Of a DNA stretch of 64,000 nt, positions 18,665 through 27,621 are shown one piece after another. The notes beneath the pieces are model-generated. The model did not search any database. It was not told the origin of the DNA and worked only from the letters and a program-made list of their open reading frames with translations. The DNA is from a virus. Within the stretch, counting starts at the first letter, position 1. The number at the start of each line of letters is the position of its first letter. The stretch lies in the UHGV virus genome UHGV-0096064. One strand, written 5' to 3'. A program made the translations under genes and the position numbers.

Positions 18665-19995
18665 ATTTCCAGAACGCTCTGGTTCTCGAATGCGGTCTCA
18701 TCCACCTTGGTGACGCTAATGGTGTAGGTACCCGGCTGCTGGTTGTCCAGCTTGCACCGGACTTCAACGAGGGCAATCTCAATGCTCTTCAACACGCCAG
18801 CGGCGGTGAAAGTGTAGTCCTTGCGGAAGATGCCCATGTAGTCGTTGGTCTCCTGTTCATTCACCGTGACATTGATGTACGCCTTGCACTTGTCGGTGTA
18901 CTTGTTATAGTCCAAATCGGGAAGAACAGGTTCGGTGCCGGAAGTGCCGCCGATGGTAATCGTCGAGATGACCTCGTACCCAAACCACGACACGTAGATG
19001 GAACCACTCCGGTCGGTGTTGAAGGAATCGGAAACAGTCGTCTGGCCCACGGAGTGCGTATGGTGCCGCCCGATGTTCGCCGTCTCCCGGACAACCGGAG
19101 TGACCGCCGTGATAGAGCCGAGCCCATTCACGGTGATGGCGTTGTCGTAGGGGTCGAAGGTCTGCTCGGTGATGTCGATGATTTGGTCGACGCCGATGAC
19201 GCGCCCGGCAAGGTCAAGGCTCAGGTCATAGCCGCCGCAGACGTAGTGCCCGGCATCAATCCCGGACTCGGACAGGGACACGGTGACGATGCCAGCCGTG
19301 TTCACCGCTTCGATGCCGGGGCCAGCCACCACACCGAGCACAGAGGTGGAACCATCCGGTGCCGCGTACTTCGTGATTTGCCCGTACTCGTTCACGGTGA
19401 ACCCTACATAAGTGCCGGGGTTCGCCATCACGGGAACAAGGCCGAGGATGTAGGGGTCAGTCAGGCTACCCTGTCCAGTTACGGTGAGCGCGCCCGTGTC
19501 CTCGGACTGGACATAGGTCTTCGACGCCTCGACGGGATTGGAGGAAATGACCAGCGGACTGCTCGTGCTGCCGCACCCGGAGATGTTGATGCCGCTGCCA
19601 GCCGTTACCGAGAGGTAGGTGCCGAGACGCCCCGCCCCGTCGAGCGAGGAGAGGTTGCAGGCATTGGGTTGCAGGTCGATGGAGCCGCCGCCGGAACCCC
19701 CTCCAGAATCGCCGCAGGAGGCCGCTGCTGGCGCGCAAGGGCCGGGGGTATACTCGAACACGGGATTGGGGCGTGCGCTCACGATACAGCCGTTCTCGAC
19801 GACAATGACGCCATATTCCCCATCCGGGATGTTGGCGTCGCCCTCGACCGACAGGCACTCCCCATTGTACACCAGCGACCGACCGAACGGCAGGCATACG
19901 CTGAACGGTTCGCAGACAGGTTTGGTGTGCTCGCCCCCAAGCGACGTGGGCTCGCATTGGGTCACACGCTTCTGTTTCCTACAAAGGTCATTCAT
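18649..19995 (-). CDS. putative tail fibre or receptor-binding-like protein
   Basis: 448 aa with a Gly-rich linker GDSGGGSGGGS. Beta-rich, Ser/Thr/Gly-rich composition typical of fibre or spike proteins. Confidence 0.45.
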   Translation of the reverse strand: MNDLCRKQKRVTQCEPTSLGGEHTKPVCEPFSVCLPFGRSLVYNGECLSVEGDANIPDGEYGVIVVENGCIVSARPNPVFEYTPGPCAPAAASCGDSGGGSGGGSIDLQPNACNLSSLDGAGRLGTYLSVTAGSGINISGCGSTSSPLVISSNPVEASKTYVQSEDTGALTVTGQGSLTDPYILGLVPVMANPGTYVGFTVNEYGQITKYAAPDGSTSVLGVVAGPGIEAVNTAGIVTVSLSESGIDAGHYVCGGYDLSLDLAGRVIGVDQIIDITEQTFDPYDNAITVNGLGSITAVTPVVRETANIGRHHTHSVGQTTVSDSFNTDRSGSIYVSWFGYEVISTITIGGTSGTEPVLPDLDYNKYTDKCKAYINVTVNEQETNDYMGIFRKDYTFTAAGVLKSIEIALVEVRCKLDNQQPGTYTISVTKVDETAFENQSVLEMCCAS

Positions 19996-20004
19996 ATCAG
20001 CTCC

Positions 20005-20658
20005 CTACAGGACACGGGGGCGTTTCGCCCGGAGTGCGCCGCGCTGCCCGTTCATCATTGCTTGTACCGACGCCGTGCGGATGCCCTGAATAAACCGGGC
20101 CTCTGACTCCTGTGCCCGGTTGACGCTCGACCACGGCTTCGACGCCATACTGTACAGGTAGAACTTCGTCCCGTCCATTATGACATCATAGAAAGTGGTG
20201 AGCAATACGGAGTCCACCTCGCAGGCGTCATAGGTAGGAGCCACGGACATCGTCACCTTGAACACGTCCTTGCATTTCACAGGGCTGAAATGGATGACGT
20301 TGGGTTCCTCGAACCACGAGTAGGTGCCGCAGGGCAGGCGGCACGGCTCAGACGTCACGCGCACGACAGGACTGGAGCAGATGCAATGGCTGGTCTGGCA
20401 CACGCTCAGAACGGCCACGATGTCCATACAGTCCTGCGGCTCCAGCAAATAGTTCTCCACGCAGGGCTGCGCGAAGATGGTGGCCGTGCGCCGCAGGGCG
20501 TTGCTGTTCCTAGCGAAGCGATTGATGGCCCTAAGCAGGAAATGGGGGAAGGCATCGGACGGCATCTCGTTGAACTCGAAGGCCAGCTCCGGGACGAACT
20601 CCTGTAGGGACACCTTGGGGTAGGCGTCGAACACGACACTAGTTTGAGGGTCTTGCAT
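20005..20658 (-). CDS. hypothetical structural protein
   Basis: 217-aa ORF; position only. Confidence 0.5.
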   Translation of the reverse strand: MQDPQTSVVFDAYPKVSLQEFVPELAFEFNEMPSDAFPHFLLRAINRFARNSNALRRTATIFAQPCVENYLLEPQDCMDIVAVLSVCQTSHCICSSPVVRVTSEPCRLPCGTYSWFEEPNVIHFSPVKCKDVFKVTMSVAPTYDACEVDSVLLTTFYDVIMDGTKFYLYSMASKPWSSVNRAQESEARFIQGIRTASVQAMMNGQRGALRAKRPRVL

Positions 20659-21301
20659 CGTCCTTCTCCGCGATGATGTCCTTGCTGTTTACCTGCGCAT
20701 TGAGCAGTTCCCAGAACGCCGTCCGGTGGTCTTTGGCTACGGAGATGATGTTGGTGTTGTTCTCCCCATCCACCATCTTTGCCCGGTACAGAACCCACTG
20801 GACGACTGCGGCCCTAATCTCGATGGGCACGTCAAAATCCCCACCAAAATCCTTCGGCATCACGGCACATTCCACAGAGACGTAGACGTCCACACCAGCC
20901 GGGACTTGAGGATAAACCCAGAGCTTGTCGGTCACGTTGTCGATGGAATACTCGGTAAGCTCGAAGTCCTTGGGAGACCGGAGACATTTCCTCCCCGTCC
21001 ACTGGAGCTTGTCGTCATTCTTCCTCGGACGCAGGGGACGGATGAGCCGTCCGTCTTTGGTAGTCTGGCCGATGACCCGGCGCACATGCGTGCAATCGCA
21101 TGTATCATGCACCACGGTGCAAGGTTGCAGCTTAATGACGCGAATCTCCGTAAACAAATCAGGGCGCTCTATGAAGGCGGTTTGAATCGCCTCTTCCAGA
21201 TACGCCCTAAGTTGCGCCCGTGACCATGTGGTAAACTCATGGCCCGGAGCCGCGTCGTTCAAGTCTACTGCAATCTCGTAAAGCAGCGACTCAACACTCA
21301 T
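20639..21301 (-). CDS. hypothetical structural protein
   Basis: 220-aa ORF; position only. Confidence 0.5.
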   Translation of the reverse strand: MSVESLLYEIAVDLNDAAPGHEFTTWSRAQLRAYLEEAIQTAFIERPDLFTEIRVIKLQPCTVVHDTCDCTHVRRVIGQTTKDGRLIRPLRPRKNDDKLQWTGRKCLRSPKDFELTEYSIDNVTDKLWVYPQVPAGVDVYVSVECAVMPKDFGGDFDVPIEIRAAVVQWVLYRAKMVDGENNTNIISVAKDHRTAFWELLNAQVNSKDIIAEKDDARPSN

Positions 21302-21310
21302 TATATACTC

Positions 21311-21943
21311 CTAGCAGCGGTTCTGTCTGGTGAAAAATTCCTTAATGGCATCCCCGACCGGGGCGTTGGATGTCCCTACGGCGGACAAGGGCATGGCCGC
21401 CTGTACAGCCGAAGCCTCGGCATAATTCTGCGTGAAGTCCTGCGGGATGCCAAGCGTCGCGCTTGCCATCGTCATATCGGGAACCGCGCCCTGCGTGTCG
21501 CCAAGACTGAACTGCTCAGGGTAAAAGCACAGGCCGGGAGGAGTAGGAGGCAGAGGGGCCGAAGGTTCCTGTTCCGCCCGCTTGGGCAGAGGCTTTTCCT
21601 CCTTCGGCTCCTCATCAACCTTCTTCGCGTCGATGGAGAGCTTCACCCTCTGGATGTCGTCAAGGGTAGCCGGGGAACGGCCACGCCAAGCAGATGGCTC
21701 CGTGTTCCCCTGCTCATCACAGTTCTCGCAAAGGTCAGGACGGCTGGCGAAGAACTCAGACCAGACATGGATTTCTCCGGTCGCCTTCACCCGCACACAT
21801 GGAGACACGGGAAGAGGGGGCTGTTCCCAATTCTTGGCCCCCATCTTCCTCAAGTCTGCCATGCGTTCCTCATAGTCCTCAGAGAAGGAGAAGTTCCCCA
21901 TGATGCGGTCTTGTTGCATTTGTCTAACCACCGGATGTTGCAT
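21311..21943 (-). CDS. hypothetical structural protein
   Basis: 210-aa ORF; position only. Confidence 0.5.
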   Translation of the reverse strand: MQHPVVRQMQQDRIMGNFSFSEDYEERMADLRKMGAKNWEQPPLPVSPCVRVKATGEIHVWSEFFASRPDLCENCDEQGNTEPSAWRGRSPATLDDIQRVKLSIDAKKVDEEPKEEKPLPKRAEQEPSAPLPPTPPGLCFYPEQFSLGDTQGAVPDMTMASATLGIPQDFTQNYAEASAVQAAMPLSAVGTSNAPVGDAIKEFFTRQNRC

Positions 21944-21952
21944 GTGTATATC

Positions 21953-22132
21953 CTAACGGCGCGAGGCGCGGGTTCCGCGAACCTTACGTTCGCCGTTGCC
22001 GCCCACGGTCGACTCGTTGCTCATGGAAGTCGTCGCATGGAGGCGCAGCTTCGAGGGACGGGTCGTGGTGTCGCGGGCGATGTCGCCGACAGGGGGCTTC
22101 GGGAAGCCGTTGAAAGTACGAGAGTCAGCCAT
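21953..22132 (-). CDS. small basic protein (59 aa), absent from the ORF track
   Basis: Hand translation of the 200-bp gap between two virion genes gives MADSRTFNGFPKPPVGDIARDTTTRPSKLRLHATTSMSNESTVGGNGERKVRGTRASRR, preceded by an RBS AAAGGAGG 8 nt upstream of ATG. Falls below the 60-aa cutoff of the ORF track. Confidence 0.4.
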   Translation of the reverse strand: MADSRTFNGFPKPPVGDIARDTTTRPSKLRLHATTSMSNESTVGGNGERKVRGTRASRR

Positions 22133-22144
22133 TATGGGCCTCCT

Positions 22145-22852
22145 TTAGTAATGGGTCGGGCACTCGAACGCCTGCGTCTTGGCGGACAGGTACCACCCGT
22201 TCTGCGCCATCCAAATCTTCACGTTGCTGTTGGAGGGCAGGGACACAATCTTGAGTCCGAGGTAGATGGTACGACCCGGAACCAGAGAACCGGAGTCGTC
22301 CGCCGGGGGCAGGGTCGGGTTGGCATACAGCGGCACGGCGTAGCCGCCCGTCACCTTCGTCAGAGAGACAAAAGCGTTATAGGGCTTGTCCACGGGAATG
22401 GGAGTGGTGATGGCCTGCGCGGTCACGGCATCGTCCACGTCATTGATTTCAGTGAAGGTGAAGGAACCGGAGTCCTCATCGTAGGACACGGCGCGGGCGG
22501 TCAGGGCCACCGTGCAGCCAGCAAGCTGCGGATCAGGCTCGACAATCTTGAAGTTGATGCCAGTGACGAAGTGGTCTTCGGGCACGGCAATCAGGTCGAT
22601 GATGTTGTCCACCTGCGGGTTCTTGTCCCGCAGCATATCGCGCTGCCAGAACATGCCGACGCCGTTCGGACGGAAAGGCATCCCAAGGGTGAAGTAGCCG
22701 AGGTTGTAGGCCCCGTCAGAGTGGGAGTCGTAGGGCGGCGATTTCAGGATATTGTGTTCGGAGTGGGGCGGGAGGAACTGCGGATAGTCCCCTTCACACC
22801 ACATATAACGGACGACAGGAGTACCGCCACGGATGAAAGAAACGTCTGCCAT
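22145..22852 (-). CDS. hypothetical virion protein immediately downstream of the capsid gene
   Basis: 235-aa ORF; position only. Confidence 0.5.
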   Translation of the reverse strand: MADVSFIRGGTPVVRYMWCEGDYPQFLPPHSEHNILKSPPYDSHSDGAYNLGYFTLGMPFRPNGVGMFWQRDMLRDKNPQVDNIIDLIAVPEDHFVTGINFKIVEPDPQLAGCTVALTARAVSYDEDSGSFTFTEINDVDDAVTAQAITTPIPVDKPYNAFVSLTKVTGGYAVPLYANPTLPPADDSGSLVPGRTIYLGLKIVSLPSNSNVKIWMAQNGWYLSAKTQAFECPTHY

Positions 22853-22864
22853 GAGAATGTCTCC

Positions 22865-23824
22865 TTAGTTGGTCTTGAAAGTCCAGTACGCCACGGCCAT
22901 CGCTTCGGGGTACAGCATCTTGCCGCCCCAAACGGCCAGCATCTGGTACTCGACGCCGAAGGTACGGGGCGAGGGCATGATGCGACCGTCGATGATGTCG
23001 GAAGCGTAGGCGAACGCACCACGGTGGCCCGCGATGACATAGAAGCACACACGCCCATCCGGTTCGACAACGTAAGGAGCATGGGTGGTTTCGATGACGT
23101 TGAAGCCGCCAAGGGGCACATTCCAGAGGCCGTCGATGCCGAAGCTGCACGGCTTGCAGGAACCCGTCCAAGCGGCGTTGGCGAAGTTGGACATGGACAG
23201 GACAGGACGGAAGGCCACGGGCATGACGACGAACATCTCGCCGTCCTTCCACATGAGCTGTTCAGTCAGCACCTGCTGGAGCTGCGCCATACGCAGGGGG
23301 ATGTTGTCCTTGTCCACGACCACCGGGTTGCCACGGGAGCCGAGGTCGACGGTGCCGAACTTGCCAGCGGCGGAACCCTTGTTCTGGGTGCTGGCTTCGA
23401 GAATCATGGCGGTGAGAACCCATTCGCGCTGCATGGCGACGTAGGTTTCATATACGCTGTCGAGGAACTTTTCTTCCCAAGCGGCCCAACGCTCGCAGGC
23501 GAAATGGATGTCCGTCTGGTCAATCTTGATGGCGTTGTAGGCCGCGTTGCAGATGGACAGACAGATGGCCTGCGCACTGACCTGATTGGGCACCATCTCC
23601 TGATTCTTCTGGTAGGCACGCCACGGGCCGACTTCGGGAGCTTTCAGAATCTGCACCTGCTGGTTGCATTGCAGGATGCGTTCGTCAATCTCGGAGTTGG
23701 TGATTTCCGGCAGGAAGTCACGTTCGTACACCCGTGCGATGATTTCATTGTAATAGCCGGGACGTGCAAGCGGGGTAGCCTCAAGACCACCATACCCGGA
23801 GGAAGACTGCAAAATCATAGACAC
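22865..23824 (-). CDS. putative major capsid protein
   Basis: 319-aa ORF directly downstream of a scaffold-like coiled-coil protein and downstream of terminase and portal. Inferred from gene order; no motif confirmation. Confidence 0.45.
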   Translation of the reverse strand: MSMILQSSSGYGGLEATPLARPGYYNEIIARVYERDFLPEITNSEIDERILQCNQQVQILKAPEVGPWRAYQKNQEMVPNQVSAQAICLSICNAAYNAIKIDQTDIHFACERWAAWEEKFLDSVYETYVAMQREWVLTAMILEASTQNKGSAAGKFGTVDLGSRGNPVVVDKDNIPLRMAQLQQVLTEQLMWKDGEMFVVMPVAFRPVLSMSNFANAAWTGSCKPCSFGIDGLWNVPLGGFNVIETTHAPYVVEPDGRVCFYVIAGHRGAFAYASDIIDGRIMPSPRTFGVEYQMLAVWGGKMLYPEAMAVAYWTFKTN

Positions 23825-23844
23825 CTCTACAAAGTTTACGGACG

Positions 23845-24930
23845 CTATCTAAGAGCGTCGCGATGTTTCTTCATGACAGACCGGAAATCCTCACGGCTCA
23901 TCTGTCCCGTCTGCACCATGAACTTATACTGTGCAATCTGGTCACTCGTCAAACGCCCACCTTCCTCAGCCGCAGGCGCGGGGGCAGTGGTTGCCGCAGC
24001 CGGACTCACGCTCGCAACATTGGCGAGGTCGGGCACCGACTGCTTCACCTGATTCAAGACGTTGATGACGTAGTCGGCATTACCCCGCTGGTACTCGGCA
24101 GCCACAAGCTGACCGACGAGAAGCCCCGCGTTGCCGCCGATGGGCGACATCATCATCTGCTGGTAGGCCGGAGTCTTCTGGAGGGACTCCAAATCGGGAT
24201 GGGCTTTGAGGATAGCATCCCGCGTTTTATTGAGACGGGCCGTGAACTTCTCGTCATCCAGCTTGCGGAACCGCTCTTGCAGCTCCTGCTCAAGCTGCTG
24301 GACACGAGCTTCGGAATCCTTCACGGCACGGTTGGCTTGTTCCCGCACGGTACGAACAATAGGAGCAAGCAGCTTCTTCGCGTCTTCCTTGTCGATGGTG
24401 GTAAATTCAGTTTCGGACGAAGACAGGAGCTGCTCAATCTCCCGTTCTTCCTTCATCCGAGCCAGCTCATCAGGAAGGCGACGCGCTTCCTCAAGCTGCC
24501 TACGAGCCTCCTCCAGTTCGCGGCGAAGCGCCACGTTGTCGTCCGGCTCCGTGTGAGTAGGCGCGGCCTGACGCTGCTGTTCAAGGTTGGGATGCGCGTT
24601 CGTGTTGGAGTGGCCCATAACCACGGACAGGGCATCCACATAATTCTCCGGCAGCTTCACGGAAGCGACAGGAGTGAGCGTAGGCTCCGTACTGTTCTGA
24701 GCGGTTTGGACAGGTTCCGTGATGGGTGGGATGGGCGGCACCACGGGAGGCTGAACCGGAGGCTGGACGACAGGCTGCGGGTTCGCCACAGCGGTCGTCT
24801 GCGCCGGGTTGCCGCCGCGCAGGTGGGCCGTCTCTTCACGGAACTTGGCAGCCGCAGCCGCAGCGGGATGCGGGTGCCGTACTTTCGGTTGTACCACAGG
24901 AGCCTGTGGCTGGATTGGCATCGTCGACAT
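23845..24930 (-). CDS. putative scaffolding protein (Pro-rich N-terminus plus long charged coiled coil)
   Basis: 361 aa; PVVQPPVQPPVVPPIPPI followed by RRELEEARRQLEEARRLPDELARMKEEREIEQLL, typical of scaffold proteins preceding a capsid gene. Confidence 0.5.
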   Translation of the reverse strand: MSTMPIQPQAPVVQPKVRHPHPAAAAAAKFREETAHLRGGNPAQTTAVANPQPVVQPPVQPPVVPPIPPITEPVQTAQNSTEPTLTPVASVKLPENYVDALSVVMGHSNTNAHPNLEQQRQAAPTHTEPDDNVALRRELEEARRQLEEARRLPDELARMKEEREIEQLLSSSETEFTTIDKEDAKKLLAPIVRTVREQANRAVKDSEARVQQLEQELQERFRKLDDEKFTARLNKTRDAILKAHPDLESLQKTPAYQQMMMSPIGGNAGLLVGQLVAAEYQRGNADYVINVLNQVKQSVPDLANVASVSPAAATTAPAPAAEEGGRLTSDQIAQYKFMVQTGQMSREDFRSVMKKHRDALR

Positions 24931-24945
24931 GGAGCTACCCTCTCA

Positions 24946-25221
24946 TTATTTGGCTGTAGACCTAAGCTGTACAAGCCTTGTAAAAAGCATCTCGACCCCT
25001 TTCTTGATGCCATGCTTATGCACTGCATCCATTCTGGCGTCAGGGTCGAATGCGGCTTTTCTCGCGGCTTTATCGAAGTCTTGATCTGCTTTCTGCACCG
25101 CCGTTTCCAAAAAGTCAATCAACCCTTGCAGGGCTGCGGCGTCGGCAAGCAACGGACGGAGCTGGCTTGTCTCCATCTGTTCCGCTGCTTGCCTGATAGC
25201 GACGCTACTTTTTGGGAGCAT
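24946..25221 (-). CDS. hypothetical small protein
   Basis: 91-aa ORF between the portal and scaffold genes. Confidence 0.4.
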   Translation of the reverse strand: MLPKSSVAIRQAAEQMETSQLRPLLADAAALQGLIDFLETAVQKADQDFDKAARKAAFDPDARMDAVHKHGIKKGVEMLFTRLVQLRSTAK

Positions 25222-25377
25222 ACGTCAGGCCCGTGATGCGGCTACGCTGGTCGCCGGAACCGGAAGTCCCGGACTGGGCGCGCCCATTGCCGGGGGCGAC
25301 GGTCGTCCCCGCAGGCGGCGTGATGATGGAAGGCTTACGGTACGTCCTCGGCTTACGGCAAGTAGAACACATAGTCC

Positions 25378-25578
25378 TCACCTCTTATCGTAGCGCAGTT
25401 CGTCCAACTTCTCGAAACCGGGGCGGCGTCTGCGCAATTCACACCGCCTCGCTTCCTCCTCAAAACGCCTGTCCTCATCCTGTTGCTTGAGGTAGTCCAT
25501 CCGGGAGCAGGACTCGCCGTCAAAGAGACGCCCAAGCATGGGGAACTGAGGACGCTTTCTCACAGGGCCAGTGTACAT
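25378..25578 (-). CDS. hypothetical small charged protein
   Basis: 66-aa ORF, co-directional with the late arm. Confidence 0.35.
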   Translation of the reverse strand: MYTGPVRKRPQFPMLGRLFDGESCSRMDYLKQQDEDRRFEEEARRCELRRRRPGFEKLDELRYDKR

Positions 25579-25587
25579 AGGCTCTTC

Positions 25588-26061
25588 CTATTCGGCGGTA
25601 TACGCCGGGATAAGGTACTTCCCTACCTTGAGGTACGCGGCAGGGCGGCCAAGGAGCTGGTCACGGAAGGAACCCACAATCGTGGTGGGCACATCATTCT
25701 CCACGGTGGCTTCCGTGACCTGCGGCGATTCAGAAGCTACCACAGGCTCAACGGCCTCGGCAATAGCTTCCTGCATCTCGGCGCAGGTGGGCACTTGGGC
25801 ATTCGGCACATGGGCCTTGCCAGCGCAGTCCTTGAATACGGCAGCCACATCCTCGGCGGGGAACTCGACGCAGCCCTTGACGTATTCGCAAAGGAACTGC
25901 GCAAGCTGTTTCGCCACGGCATCGTCCACTTTCACGGAACCCGTGAGGGACACGCCCGACAACTCGGAACCAGTGACGGTGCCGCCGCTGACATCCGGCG
26001 TCTTGATAATCGGGTCAACCCAAGTTCCGCCGTCGAAAGGCCCGGTATTGGTGCAACTCAT
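25588..26061 (-). CDS. hypothetical protein
   Basis: 157-aa ORF in the head-morphogenesis block. Confidence 0.5.
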   Translation of the reverse strand: MSCTNTGPFDGGTWVDPIIKTPDVSGGTVTGSELSGVSLTGSVKVDDAVAKQLAQFLCEYVKGCVEFPAEDVAAVFKDCAGKAHVPNAQVPTCAEMQEAIAEAVEPVVASESPQVTEATVENDVPTTIVGSFRDQLLGRPAAYLKVGKYLIPAYTAE

Positions 26062-26063
26062 AG

Positions 26064-26528
26064 TTACTCCCCAAGAAGAAATTTAGAGTCCCAAGGGAAC
26101 TCATCCTTTGTAACGATGCGCAGATAAATCCGTGCATCCCCTACAGCCGTCTGGTCATTCAGGATGAACCTGTATGAACCGGGGATATGCAGCAACATGA
26201 TGTTGTTGCACTTCGACAGTTCGTAAGTGCAGTCATTATGCCGCATGGTTTCTTTCGCAAGAAGCTGCGTCTGGTACTGGCGCAAATCCCACACAGGGCA
26301 GGTCTCGGCCTTGCGCTTGGGGATGACCCCTTCTTTGAACAGGAGCATCTCAAGGCAGGCCACCTGCGGGGCAAGCAACTCGGACTTGTCCGCACGTTCC
26401 TTGTAGTCCTTGAAGCCGAACGCCTGAATGATAGCCACTTCACCGGGGAACACATGGAAGAAGGGGCTTTCCACGGACAAAGACGTTTCCGTCATGATAG
26501 GGACATAAATACTCTTGTCGATAGCCAT
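26064..26528 (-). CDS. hypothetical protein
   Basis: 154-aa ORF in the head-morphogenesis block. Confidence 0.5.
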   Translation of the reverse strand: MAIDKSIYVPIMTETSLSVESPFFHVFPGEVAIIQAFGFKDYKERADKSELLAPQVACLEMLLFKEGVIPKRKAETCPVWDLRQYQTQLLAKETMRHNDCTYELSKCNNIMLLHIPGSYRFILNDQTAVGDARIYLRIVTKDEFPWDSKFLLGE

Positions 26529-26531
26529 GAC

Positions 26532-27200
26532 TTAATTCGCCACCTTGTAATTACCGGGATAGTAGAATGCAGGCATGTGCATGATGGAAGCCAACGGAAC
26601 GACCATGTATTCCACTTCCATATCCCCAAGCATGTCGGTATCACTCAATTCCAACTCATACGTGCCGGGAATCATGACAATCAACTGGAGGATGGGCTGC
26701 TGTACAATACCGAGAAAGTGCTTTCCCAAACCCCAATATTGTCCGCCAAGCGTCATCTTTTCACGGAACAGAATACGGCCATCGGTGCCGTAGGCACCAT
26801 CCATAGCGCAAGGGTCGCAAGTGTCCCCGGTCGTCGGCCCGGTCGTAGACTTCACCAGACGATTCACCCAAATCATACCGTTATCCGGCATGTTGTAGGT
26901 GTCGATGATGATGGCCTCACCGGGATTCACAGTGAAACTGCGAGAATAGATGGTGCCATGCCGGGTCTCCGGACTGAACAGGATAACCTTCCCCGGTGCC
27001 GCCATGAGCGCCGTATCGTCCGGGCCACAACGCATGGGATTGATGGGATACCCGGTAGAGATTTTACTTCCGCACTTCATACAATACCCCAAAGCCAACT
27101 GCCCGCCACCCCAAGGATAACCCCGTAGATGACGCCGCGCACCGACGCGCAGCACCAGCAAGGGTCTTCCATCCACGGGATAGGCCAGAACAGCCAACAC
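26532..27200 (-). CDS. hypothetical protein (start uncertain)
   Basis: 222-aa ORF starting at GTG with no Shine-Dalgarno sequence. An internal ATG (MKCGSK, ~27080) is preceded by only a weak GGGG stretch. Confidence 0.45.
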   Translation of the reverse strand: MLAVLAYPVDGRPLLVLRVGARRHLRGYPWGGGQLALGYCMKCGSKISTGYPINPMRCGPDDTALMAAPGKVILFSPETRHGTIYSRSFTVNPGEAIIIDTYNMPDNGMIWVNRLVKSTTGPTTGDTCDPCAMDGAYGTDGRILFREKMTLGGQYWGLGKHFLGIVQQPILQLIVMIPGTYELELSDTDMLGDMEVEYMVVPLASIMHMPAFYYPGNYKVAN

Positions 27201-27287
27201 CAGAAGTCATAGAACAACGAGGGTTCTTTCGTCTGACCATTGCTCAACACCGGATGGCACCAGTTGATATGGTCGAGGAAAAAATCC

Positions 27288-27605
27288 TTAGCCTTTTTCC
27301 ACAGCTTTTCCAGCATCTTCATCCTCGCCCAACTTGTAGAACACGGACACTTGGCTGAACAGAGCTTGCGCCACCTTGACGAAAGCACGCCACAGGCGGC
27401 GGTTCTTGGGCGGAACGACAATCATCGGGTCGGCCCAATAAACGCGGCGCTGATTGCCCACGTATCCGCCGGAACGGTAGTAGGCTTCACCATTCCCGGT
27501 ACGGACGGTGAACCCGCCATCGTTGTTGACGGCGACCACATTGCCCGTCCCGATGCCAAGCACGTATACGGTGTCGCCAAGCTCTACAGGATAACCATCA
27601 ATCAT
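27288..27605 (-). CDS. hypothetical small protein
   Basis: 105-aa ORF immediately downstream of the putative portal. Confidence 0.45.
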   Translation of the reverse strand: MIDGYPVELGDTVYVLGIGTGNVVAVNNDGGFTVRTGNGEAYYRSGGYVGNQRRVYWADPMIVVPPKNRRLWRAFVKVAQALFSQVSVFYKLGEDEDAGKAVEKG

Positions 27606-27621
27606 CTCTCATACCTCTTGG

